From positions 1-15,057 of the forward strand of contig JBHLSH010000087.1 of assembly GCA_048881705.1 (NCBI GenBank): 15,057 nucleotides of DNA, in the 5' to 3' direction. The DNA comes from Candidatus Heimdallarchaeota archaeon (GTDB lineage: Archaea; Asgardarchaeota; Heimdallarchaeia; Hodarchaeales; Hodarchaeaceae). A model generated the notes under the pieces. That model had not been told where the DNA came from and ran no database searches. It worked only from the letters and a program-made list of their open reading frames with translations. Shown in pieces: positions 7,053 to 15,057 of the stretch. The position numbers and the translations under genes were made by a program. How positions within the stretch are numbered: position 1 is the stretch's first letter; every line of letters begins with the position of its first letter.

Positions 7053-9125
7053 TTAATTATCGCAGGATTCCAAGGGATTACCTTCGTCATCTTTGTAGAA
7101 GTCGAGCTCTTCGCCAAGAAGATGATGTACAAACCATTGATAGTTTTGAACCATAACAGCAAAGTTTTCACGCGGCTTTAGCCAGCCGTGCCCCATCCCC
7201 GGATAGACAAATAGATATGTTTCAACTCCTTTCAGTTTGAGGGCCCGAAATAATTCCATTGCACTGGTTAATGGGACTCGTTGGTCTTTCTCGCCATGTT
7301 GAAACATGATTGGAGTTTGAGCAGTTTTTATTCCACTGATTGGCGCGGTTTTTTCGTATAAATCTGGATTTTCAAATGGATTTTCGGATAGATTGTAACT
7401 ATTGCGATTGTCAGACCCGCTGAAGTACGTATACCAACTACTAAGAGCTGCACCCGCACTAACTGCCTTAAACCGAGTTGAATGCATGGCCACAAAAGAA
7501 CTGATGTAGCCACCCTGGCTCCACCCCATTGAGCCGATTTTTTCCTCATCGACGATTCCATGACCGACTAGATGGTCAATAGCAGATTCCAGATCCCACA
7601 TATCGCCAACGCCCATGTTATCTAGGTTTAATTCTAGATATTCCTGTCCTCTGCCCAAAGATCCCCGATAGTTGGGCTCTAAAACCAAGATATCCCGATT
7701 TACCAACTGAACAGTTGGGTAGGTTAATCCAAATTGTTGGATTGAACACAAGGCAGAGGAGGTGGCTGGGCCCCCATGAACCTGAAATATTAGGGGGTAT
7801 TTCTTTTTCGGATCAAAATTTGAGGGTTTATGAAGAACTCCCTCGATTTCCGTCCCATCCTTACTCATCCACCTTATAGATTCGACTATACCACAATCCC
7901 AATGCATTATTTTTTTATAATTCTCTGTAATACGTCTGATTTTCCATTTCTCTTCGTTAGGAAAACCTAGAAAGATATCGGAACACGAATCAGGTGAATT
8001 TGCTCGAAAGCTGATTATACCCTTACTATTTACAAAGAAATGAATGTCAATCGATAACCCTTGGAGATCTATATCCTCTTTTTCACCAGAATCAGAGATT
8101 CGAGCTAAGCGTTGGGTGGATTCATCCCAATATCGAACGTAAATACCTGAATTTGACCAATACGCCTGCAAAGGTTCATGATCGAACTGACCAGTGGCAC
8201 ATTGAAGTTGCAAATCATTACTCCCCGAATTCATTTCAATATCGCTTAAACTGACGATCCATAAATCAGATTGAATATGTTGTTTTAACTCACGTTCTTT
8301 ATGTGATATTAGAAGTTTTGAGCCGTCAGGAGAAATATCTTTAATACGCGCTCCTTTTGGGAGGGGTATCGCCTTCAGATCACCGATTTCTTCTTGATTT
8401 TCATCAAAAACCGAATCTAGATCGACAGTTATTATGAAACAACTTGTTTCATGCTCAAAAATCAGATCGTCTCGACTTCTACAGTTAAGAAAGACTTGGT
8501 TCTTATCGGGTAGTAAACAAAAGGATTCGATTTTGTAAGGTCTCGGCATTAATCGACTTAGTTCAATAACTGTTGGGATTTCACCATTTTTGGGGTCTCT
8601 CATTCTCTGTTTATTCTTCTGAAATCGCTCATAATCAACGTAATACAATTTCGAACCACTTTCTTCCTCTTCCATGTTAATGAATTTCCCAAATTTCCGT
8701 CGTCGTGCTTCCAGGTTAGAACTTGGCTTTTCAGCTAGATAAACGAAACCCTTAGCAAATGGTTCAAAGATTTCTATCCCCCCTGGATGATCAGTGATCT
8801 GAACTCCTTCTCCAATAAGACCTTCGAATACAAATAACTGAAAACCGTTTTTGGTATTCTTTCGAATTGCTAAGGTATTTTCATCCACCCAGCGGATTGT
8901 AGAGGCCATTCCTGATTTTGTTAGCTGATAAGCAGATTTGGTTGTGACATCGTAAATATGGCAGTAGACTTCGAAGGAATTCTGTCTCAAGTCCAAAAGC
9001 CCGGTGAGATAAGCAACTTTTTCACCAGTTGGATTAATTCTGGAATCTCCAACTTTGGGTAGTAATATTAGATCCTTAATTGATGGCTGGTATAAGTTTC
9101 CCTTCTTTTTGACATTCACACTCAA
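7053..9125 (-). CDS. S9-family (prolyl oligopeptidase / acylaminoacyl peptidase-like) serine peptidase
   Basis: N-terminal beta-propeller-like region, VHGGP, NYRGSLGRG, nucleophile motif GWSQGG, Asp in HGEKDQRV and His in GMGHG. Start is TTG 9125 or GTG 9119. Confidence 0.95.
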   Translation of the reverse strand: MSVNVKKKGNLYQPSIKDLILLPKVGDSRINPTGEKVAYLTGLLDLRQNSFEVYCHIYDVTTKSAYQLTKSGMASTIRWVDENTLAIRKNTKNGFQLFVFEGLIGEGVQITDHPGGIEIFEPFAKGFVYLAEKPSSNLEARRRKFGKFINMEEEESGSKLYYVDYERFQKNKQRMRDPKNGEIPTVIELSRLMPRPYKIESFCLLPDKNQVFLNCRSRDDLIFEHETSCFIITVDLDSVFDENQEEIGDLKAIPLPKGARIKDISPDGSKLLISHKERELKQHIQSDLWIVSLSDIEMNSGSNDLQLQCATGQFDHEPLQAYWSNSGIYVRYWDESTQRLARISDSGEKEDIDLQGLSIDIHFFVNSKGIISFRANSPDSCSDIFLGFPNEEKWKIRRITENYKKIMHWDCGIVESIRWMSKDGTEIEGVLHKPSNFDPKKKYPLIFQVHGGPATSSALCSIQQFGLTYPTVQLVNRDILVLEPNYRGSLGRGQEYLELNLDNMGVGDMWDLESAIDHLVGHGIVDEEKIGSMGWSQGGYISSFVAMHSTRFKAVSAGAALSSWYTYFSGSDNRNSYNLSENPFENPDLYEKTAPISGIKTAQTPIMFQHGEKDQRVPLTSAMELFRALKLKGVETYLFVYPGMGHGWLKPRENFAVMVQNYQWFVHHLLGEELDFYKDDEGNPLESCDN

Positions 9126-9199
9126 TCACGCAAGCTAAGTGATTGTCATTAATCAAAATGTGATTTCATTTAAAAAAAAGGAAACTGGCGAGCTTGGCC

Positions 9200-9238
9200 G
9201 CTAAACTAGTGAGCTAATCAGGTAAGCTAAACGGTTAT
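9200..9238. repeat. Three imperfect tandem 13-bp units
   Basis: GCTAAACTAGTGA / GCTAATCAGGTAA / GCTAAACGGTTAT starting at 9200, 9213 and 9226. Confidence 0.45.
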
Positions 9239-9346
9239 AAATTTGATTTAGCGTCATTTTTTTCAGAAATTTTCTTTCCCATCGGGAGCGGGTAGTTCAA
9301 AATAGGTTCGCTATCCAGAAGTAACCATAAAACCATAATTCTTACA

Positions 9347-9380
9347 TAGGAGTCCCCAGTTTCTCCTACGAGAAAAAAAA
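9347..9380 (-). terminator. Oligo-T terminator of the DinB gene with an adjacent hairpin
   Basis: T8 on the minus strand (9373-9380) 3 nt after the stop, followed by the stem TAGGAG/CTCCTA (9347-9368). Confidence 0.55.
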
Positions 9381-9383
9381 TAA

Positions 9384-9854
9384 TCAGTCGAATCTATAAG
9401 GTACATAATCAAGATAGGGGATCTCTTTACCCAACAGACGTAATTTCATCGCTAATTGCCCACGATGATAAGAAGCATGATTGCAAATGTGAAACACGAA
9501 CTCATCAATCGATATAGTTCTGTTTTTGCCGTTTCGGGTGATCTTCCATGATTTCTGTGGGGAGCTGTTAAAAATCTCCAACCACCTCTCATTGTTTTGA
9601 AAAATACAATCTCTTAGCGCTTTTAGATTCATTTCTCGGAAATTTGGAATATCTCCGTCATGGTTTTTGCGTAGATCCTGGTACCATTCCCAATGATCCT
9701 CTGCAACATGAATCAAGGACTCTCGAATGGAAATTCCGTTTGGTTGGATTCTGAAATCGAGATCTTTTTCTTTCAGTTGATCTATAAACACAAAAATCTT
9801 TTGGTCCGCCCAGATCAAGTAATTCAGCATATTATTACAGAGCAAACGGCTCAT
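9384..9854 (-). CDS. DinB/YfiT-like metal-binding protein
   Basis: YLIWAD, SIRESLIHV and NHASYHRGQ (His triad); 156 aa. Confidence 0.9.
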   Translation of the reverse strand: MSRLLCNNMLNYLIWADQKIFVFIDQLKEKDLDFRIQPNGISIRESLIHVAEDHWEWYQDLRKNHDGDIPNFREMNLKALRDCIFQNNERWLEIFNSSPQKSWKITRNGKNRTISIDEFVFHICNHASYHRGQLAMKLRLLGKEIPYLDYVPYRFD

Positions 9855-9940
9855 CTAGTCATCCATCCTCGAGAATCGTGCTGTATATGATATTTACGTG
9901 CACGTTTCAAACAAGATTCATACAAAAGGTTAGATTTGAG

Positions 9941-11416
9941 CTAGAGGGCAGCGATCTGCCTCATATTCACAAGGCCTTTTGCGAAGAAGATGGAATTCCT
10001 CAGAAACATTCTAAGACCATAACTCTCAAGTGAATATCGGAATTCTCGAGCTGTATTCTGCATAGCTTTGCTTACTCGAAGATAAAACTTTTTATAAGCC
10101 CATTTGGTGAGTTCTTTTAGTTCTTCCCGGGTTAATCCAGTAGTATCCATGACAGGCGTAAACAAATTATATTTGCTGTAATCTTTTTCCTTGATCCAAC
10201 CTTCTGCTAAAGCTTGATGATAGAATCGTGTCCCAGGATACGGCGTTGCCACCGTAAAGACAGCCAGGGATGGATCTAATACATCAGTAACCCAATTAAC
10301 GGTATTTATCACGGTTTCACGGGTCTCCCCTGGAAATCCAAAGGAGACAGATGCCAACGAATCTATTCTTGATTTCTTAATATTTACAAAGAATTTTTCG
10401 ATTTGAGAAACCGTGGTGTCCTTTGTGATGTTATCTAAGATAGTCTGATCGCCTGACTCCACGCCAACAAATACAAGCCTGCATCCCGCCTTTCTCATGA
10501 GACTCAAATGCTCCAAATCGCTTTTTTCGGGCCTCGTGGTTGCTCCCCAATAAACATCCAGTTTTTCTTTAAGAAATTCCTCGCAAATGCGATTGATCCG
10601 TTTTCTGGACATGAAGAAGAGGTCATCGACAAAAGCAACCGCTTTTAGATCAAAATCATCACGGATCAGTTCCATCTCATCTCTAATATTTTGAGGTGAT
10701 CTGGGTCTCCATCGTGCATTATAAAAAGCGGTGACGGCACAAAAATCACATTTATACGGACAACCACGTGAAGTGATCAAGGTGGTAGCTGGAAAGGACG
10801 TACCAAAGACGCGATAACGATCCATAGGGAGCAAATGTCGGGCTGGGAAAGGTAGACTATCGATATCTTTGATCAGTGGCGGCTGTGGATTATGCTGCAT
10901 TGCCTGAGTATCTCCGTTTTTCCCCCTCTTGTAAGATATACCTGGAACCTCATGCCAATCCTTACCACTTTCAATGCAATTTACGAATTCAAGTACAGAA
11001 AATTCGCTTTCGCCACGAAATACAACATCTACATTTCCATTACTCATTTCAAGACATTCTTCGGGCATATTTGTTGGATGATATCCTCCAAATGCGACAA
11101 AGTTGACGCCCTCTTCCTTCGCAATTTGGGCCGACCGTAATGCATCATAGATATTCACGGTCAGAACTTGTATCCCAACAAAATCGGGATTTGTTCGTTT
11201 TACAAAGCGTCTATATTCCTGAAAAGTTAAGCCGAGTGCCTTGCAATCTAATATTTGAGGGTCATAACCGTTTTTTTCTAACACAGCTGCAATGTAGGCC
11301 AGCCCCAAGGGGGGTGCAGTAAAATTCAGAAATGAAGAAGCGTGATATTTTGTAATATAATTCCCGTCCAAACCAGGAGGAACAACTAGGAGTATACGCA
11401 TCTTTATAAGCACCAT
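9941..11416 (-). CDS. Cobalamin-binding (class B-like) radical SAM protein
   Basis: PPLGLAYIAA and GGYHPT in the B12-binding domain, TSRGCPYKCDFC (CxxxCxxC), DDLF, GVESG and TPYPGT. Confidence 0.95.
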   Translation of the reverse strand: MVLIKMRILLVVPPGLDGNYITKYHASSFLNFTAPPLGLAYIAAVLEKNGYDPQILDCKALGLTFQEYRRFVKRTNPDFVGIQVLTVNIYDALRSAQIAKEEGVNFVAFGGYHPTNMPEECLEMSNGNVDVVFRGESEFSVLEFVNCIESGKDWHEVPGISYKRGKNGDTQAMQHNPQPPLIKDIDSLPFPARHLLPMDRYRVFGTSFPATTLITSRGCPYKCDFCAVTAFYNARWRPRSPQNIRDEMELIRDDFDLKAVAFVDDLFFMSRKRINRICEEFLKEKLDVYWGATTRPEKSDLEHLSLMRKAGCRLVFVGVESGDQTILDNITKDTTVSQIEKFFVNIKKSRIDSLASVSFGFPGETRETVINTVNWVTDVLDPSLAVFTVATPYPGTRFYHQALAEGWIKEKDYSKYNLFTPVMDTTGLTREELKELTKWAYKKFYLRVSKAMQNTAREFRYSLESYGLRMFLRNSIFFAKGLVNMRQIAAL

Positions 11417-11614
11417 AAAGTAATAAAGACTTTCAAGACGCCATCATTCAGTTCCATTGTTTTAAATGAGCAAAGTCTCTAATAAAAGAGAAGAACCAAA
11501 GGATAGTGATTCTACTCCGCATCCTCTGAGCTCTTATGAAATTATTTAGAAGATGTTTCTTCGAAAAATGATCTCTTTCATTAAAAACCATGGATATAAA
11601 AGAGGGCTTGGGAC

Positions 11615-12049
11615 TTATTCAAAGGAAATTGGTCCAAGCGCCCGAACCTGGTCAGTAAATTGAGTCATCACCAGGGAGAAACGCTTACCCTCACTAGCTG
11701 ATATCCACTCCAATCTTAATCGATCTACCTCGAATCCGAGGATTTTTAACACTTCTAACGTGTTATCTATTCGTTTCTTGGCTCTTAGATTTCCTTCAAG
11801 ATAATGGCAATCCCCAGGATGGCATCCTGCGACCAGTACGCCATCTGCGCCATCCAAATATGCTTTGATAATGAAGGACGGATCCACCCGGCCTGTACAC
11901 ATTACTCGAACGATACGGACATTGACTGGATATGCAAAACGGGAGACACCTGCCATGTCGGCGCCTGCATATGAACACCAGCTGCAGGCGAACACAATGA
12001 TCTTGGGTTCAAATCTACTTTGCATAGATAGGCTTTGTGCTTCAGTCAT
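11615..12049 (-). CDS. mvhD: [2Fe-2S] subunit MvhD/VhuD (FlpD family)
   Basis: FACSWCSYAGAD, VMCTGRVDP, GCHPGDCHY and WISASEG motifs. Confidence 0.97.
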   Translation of the reverse strand: MTEAQSLSMQSRFEPKIIVFACSWCSYAGADMAGVSRFAYPVNVRIVRVMCTGRVDPSFIIKAYLDGADGVLVAGCHPGDCHYLEGNLRAKKRIDNTLEVLKILGFEVDRLRLEWISASEGKRFSLVMTQFTDQVRALGPISFE

Positions 12050-12069
12050 CGGGATTCTACCATTTTCAA

Positions 12070-15057
12070 CTAATTGTCTAGGATAATTTCCTCCGCAACT
12101 AGTTCCTCTGGTTTCAGAAGAATAGATTTCACCTGGGCTTCAATGGTTTCTTTATGGAAATGTTTCACTGTGATGGCACTAACAGGGCAAGTGACAACAC
12201 AAATGCCGCATCCCTTGCATACCGCAGGATTAATGTTGGCTTTAGTTGTCTGGATTGTTTGATTTTCTAAATCTATTAGTTTGACCTCGGTTTGGATCGC
12301 GTTGAACGGACAGACAAGCTCACAGCGCCCACATCCACGGCAGATTGATTGATCAACTTCTGAGATGGCGCCTTCAGAGAGAATGTGGCCTTGGGACAAT
12401 AACGCCATAACTCGAACAGCAGCTCCACTGCCTTGGAAAATTGCCTCCGAAGAAAACTTCGGATAATGTCCAGTACCCGCTAAGAATACGCCTTCGGTGG
12501 CAAAGTCGACGGGACGAAGTTTTACATGTGCTTCCAAGAAAAATCCATCGCCGCCTCGGGGAACTTTGAACGTTTGGGCGAGCTCTTCGTTTGGGTTTGG
12601 AACCAGTGGAGTACTCAGAACAATTAGATCTGGGTTGATTCGTACCTTAGCGCCTAACATATTATCGTAAATTTCAATTTCTCCGCTTTCGCTTACCTGA
12701 AGGGTATCATCATCAGTATAACGAATGAATATCACGCCTAGTTGTCGTGATTTACGATATAGTTCCTCTAGGGTTCCGTATGTGCGAATATCTTTGTAGA
12801 GAATTATCACATTGGCGTTGGGGTTGCGTTCTTTAATTCGAATGCTATTTTTAATTGCAACAGTACAACAAATACGGCTACAGTAGGTTCTGGGGGGATC
12901 TGGTTCTCTGGCTCCGACACATTGGATCATGACAACCGTATTGGGGGAAAGATCATCGAAATGCGTTTCCAGTTCTCGTTGGGTGATAACGTTTGGATTT
13001 CTACCGTAGTGGTAATAGCCGTGTGGTTCAAAGGGTTTTGCTCCTGTGGCGAGAACCACAGCGCCGAAGTCAATTTCTGTACCTTGAACTGAAGCCTTGA
13101 AGTTACCGACAGTTCCACGTAGATCCTCTAGCCTCGTGTTTGTAAATACAGTGATATTAGGTTCATTTCGAACTTGAGTTTCAAGTTTAGCAACAATTTC
13201 TGGGCCTTTTAATCCATTGTGGAGCTCAGGGACTCTAAGAAGCTCCCCTCCAAGCTGGTCTTCTTTTTCTATCAAGTACACGGGATATCCTGCTCGTGCC
13301 AAATCAAGGGCACATGTCATACCTGCGACCCCACCCCCGATCACCAAAGATTTCTGGATAATCGGTATTTTTTCTTTAAATAAGGGTTCTAACCGATTGG
13401 CCCGTGCAATAGCCCCACGAACAAGGTCTTTCGCCTTTTCGGTGGCCATCTCTCCCGCGTCAGGATGAACCCACGATATCTGTTCGCGAATGTTCACTAG
13501 ATCGAACAAGAATTCATTTAGTCCAACTTCTTTAAGAGTGCTCCTAAAAAGAGGTTCATGAGTTCTTGGGGTACAAGAGGCCACGATAACACGATTGAGT
13601 TGATGTTCTTTGATAGCTTCACGAATTAAGACTTGAGTGTCCGCTGCACATGCATACATAGGATCTGTTGCGAATACCACATTTGGGAATGATTTGGCGT
13701 ATTCCGCGACATCTTCGACATCAACAACAGAAGCAATATTATGGCCACAATGGCAAATGAGAACCCCGATACGAGGTTCATCGGTCGAGCTAACTGGGAT
13801 TGGCGGGGGAAGTTTGAGTTCCTCAATTTCAGTTCCTCTAACTTCTTTTAAGAAGATAGCTGCTTTTGCTGCGGCGCCGCTCGCTTGTGCAACAGTATCA
13901 GGTATATCCTTGGGCCCTGAGGCTACCCCACAAACATAAATGCCTGCTCGATTTGTTTCTAATGGTGTCAAAGGATCTGTCTGGACAAATCCGTAACGAT
14001 CCAGTTCAAGACTTAGACATGAGTTGAGGAATTTCCTTCGAGATGATGGATCTAATCCAGTTGAAAGAACAACCATATCCATTTCATCTGTTCTTATGAC
14101 AGGATTAGGCCCTGAAAAATCTTCATACTTTATGATAAGGTTGTTAGTTTCTGGAATTTCCCGAACTTCTCTGATACGCGACTTGATAAACTTAATTCCG
14201 AATTCATCCTTCGCTCTTTTATAAAATTCTTCAAATCCCTTTCCAAAGGCTCTAATATCGATATAATAAACATAAGGATCGACATTAGGGTCATGTTCCT
14301 TTGCCATTATCGCTTCTTTAACTGAAAACATACAACATGCAGCGGAGCAATAGTCTCTGTTTAGGGTTGTATTCCGTGACCCCACGCATTGTAGAAAAGC
14401 GATCTTCTTGGGATGCTTGTCATCTGAAGGCCGAATAACTTCTCCCCCCGTGATTCCGCTTGCACTGAGTAAGCGTTCAAATTGGAGTGTTGTTACAACA
14501 TTGACAAAATCATCGAAGTGAAGACTCGGAAGTTTTCTAACATCAAATGGATCAAATCCCGTTGTAACAATCACTGCACCGATATTGATCGTCTTTTCCT
14601 CGTCTTTCTGCTCGTAATCAACCGCCCCAGGGCCACATAATTTTAGGCAGATTTGACATTTTCCCTTTGTAAACCACCTGCAAGTGTCACGTTGAAGATA
14701 AGCAATTTTTGGAACGGCCTGGGGGAATGGGATTGAGATATTTTTACGCCCTTGACGAATTCGACCACGTTTATCTTTCCTAGTCAAACCTGCATTGAAA
14801 TCATCATAAATCCATTCAGGACATTTATCTTGACATACTCCGCAGCCGGTACACTTTTCCTCATCAACGTACCGCGCTTTTTTCAGATACCGCACCCTGA
14901 AACTGCCAGGTTCTCCTGATAAATTAATGGGATCACAATAAGTCAAGAGTTTAATATTCGGATGGCGTTCTACATCAACTAATTTGGGACCTAGAATACA
15001 CATAGCGCAATCAAGAGTAGGAAAAGTCTTATCTAACTGAACCATCCGACCTCCTAT
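12070..15057 (-). CDS. hdrA: Tandem-duplicated HdrA-like flavo-Fe-S protein, 3' part (starts beyond the right edge)
   Basis: The frame stays open to the edge (IGGRMVQLDKTFPTLDCAMC), so ATG 15045 is internal. Module 1 has an inserted ferredoxin, QCVGSR..YCSAACC and GPKDIP. Module 2 has CHCGHNIA, ASCTPRTHE, IGGGVAG, QCVGAR..YCSRICC and a C-terminal 2x[4Fe-4S] domain. Confidence 0.95.
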   Translation of the reverse strand: MGGRMVQLDKTFPTLDCAMCILGPKLVDVERHPNIKLLTYCDPINLSGEPGSFRVRYLKKARYVDEEKCTGCGVCQDKCPEWIYDDFNAGLTRKDKRGRIRQGRKNISIPFPQAVPKIAYLQRDTCRWFTKGKCQICLKLCGPGAVDYEQKDEEKTINIGAVIVTTGFDPFDVRKLPSLHFDDFVNVVTTLQFERLLSASGITGGEVIRPSDDKHPKKIAFLQCVGSRNTTLNRDYCSAACCMFSVKEAIMAKEHDPNVDPYVYYIDIRAFGKGFEEFYKRAKDEFGIKFIKSRIREVREIPETNNLIIKYEDFSGPNPVIRTDEMDMVVLSTGLDPSSRRKFLNSCLSLELDRYGFVQTDPLTPLETNRAGIYVCGVASGPKDIPDTVAQASGAAAKAAIFLKEVRGTEIEELKLPPPIPVSSTDEPRIGVLICHCGHNIASVVDVEDVAEYAKSFPNVVFATDPMYACAADTQVLIREAIKEHQLNRVIVASCTPRTHEPLFRSTLKEVGLNEFLFDLVNIREQISWVHPDAGEMATEKAKDLVRGAIARANRLEPLFKEKIPIIQKSLVIGGGVAGMTCALDLARAGYPVYLIEKEDQLGGELLRVPELHNGLKGPEIVAKLETQVRNEPNITVFTNTRLEDLRGTVGNFKASVQGTEIDFGAVVLATGAKPFEPHGYYHYGRNPNVITQRELETHFDDLSPNTVVMIQCVGAREPDPPRTYCSRICCTVAIKNSIRIKERNPNANVIILYKDIRTYGTLEELYRKSRQLGVIFIRYTDDDTLQVSESGEIEIYDNMLGAKVRINPDLIVLSTPLVPNPNEELAQTFKVPRGGDGFFLEAHVKLRPVDFATEGVFLAGTGHYPKFSSEAIFQGSGAAVRVMALLSQGHILSEGAISEVDQSICRGCGRCELVCPFNAIQTEVKLIDLENQTIQTTKANINPAVCKGCGICVVTCPVSAITVKHFHKETIEAQVKSILLKPEELVAEEIILDN

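Noticed and set aside
9284-9320. tRNA-like start GGGAGCGGGTAGTTCAA
   Set aside because: No anticodon arm, T-arm or matching acceptor stem can be built.
9235-9336. 33-aa minus-strand small ORF (MVLWLLLDSEP...)
   Set aside because: No recognisable motif, and it lies just after a terminator; a length expected by chance.
11417-11575. Cobalamin riboswitch upstream of the B12 radical SAM gene
   Set aside because: The conserved core motifs (GGGAA, B12 box) are absent.
11467-11664. Plus-strand ORF interrupted by TAG
   Set aside because: It needs read-through, overlaps mvhD antisense and has no homology signal.
11975-11986. Selenocysteine in MvhD and a SECIS in 11417-11614
   Set aside because: The codons are TGC and TGT with no in-frame TGA. 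The AUGA-containing hairpin near 11535-11582 lacks a complementary helix and GA quartet.
14998-15009. Selenocysteine in the HdrA DCxxC motif
   Set aside because: Both positions are Cys codons (TGC and TGT). Sequence upstream of the window cannot be assessed.
12070-15045. ATG 15045 as the hdrA start
   Set aside because: It lies inside the conserved IGGxMxxLDKTFPT motif and the frame is open to the window edge.

Overview
Archaeal-looking window with no RNA genes, CRISPR or mobile elements detected. The archaeal call is inferred from the UPF0282 gene, GGTGA-type RBS and oligo-T terminators; an Asgard origin is plausible but unproven. The left end holds a [NiFe]-hydrogenase maturation cluster in an unusual layout: <-hypF (partial, missing from the ORF track), hypC->, <-hypD, <-hypE. 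A branch-1 nitrilase and a UPF0282 metallo-beta-lactamase-fold protein lie directly upstream of hypED on the same strand. The middle holds a TerB-like repeat protein with a stand-alone FNR-family flavoprotein, an S9 peptidase, a DinB protein and a B12-binding radical SAM enzyme. The right end holds mvhD and a partial, tandem-duplicated HdrA of over 991 aa; no hdrBC or hydrogenase structural genes are in view. The best leads are the nitrilase/MBL pair beside the cyanide-ligand synthesis genes, the tail-to-tail hypC/hypD split, and the asymmetric double HdrA. All three are hypotheses from sequence alone.
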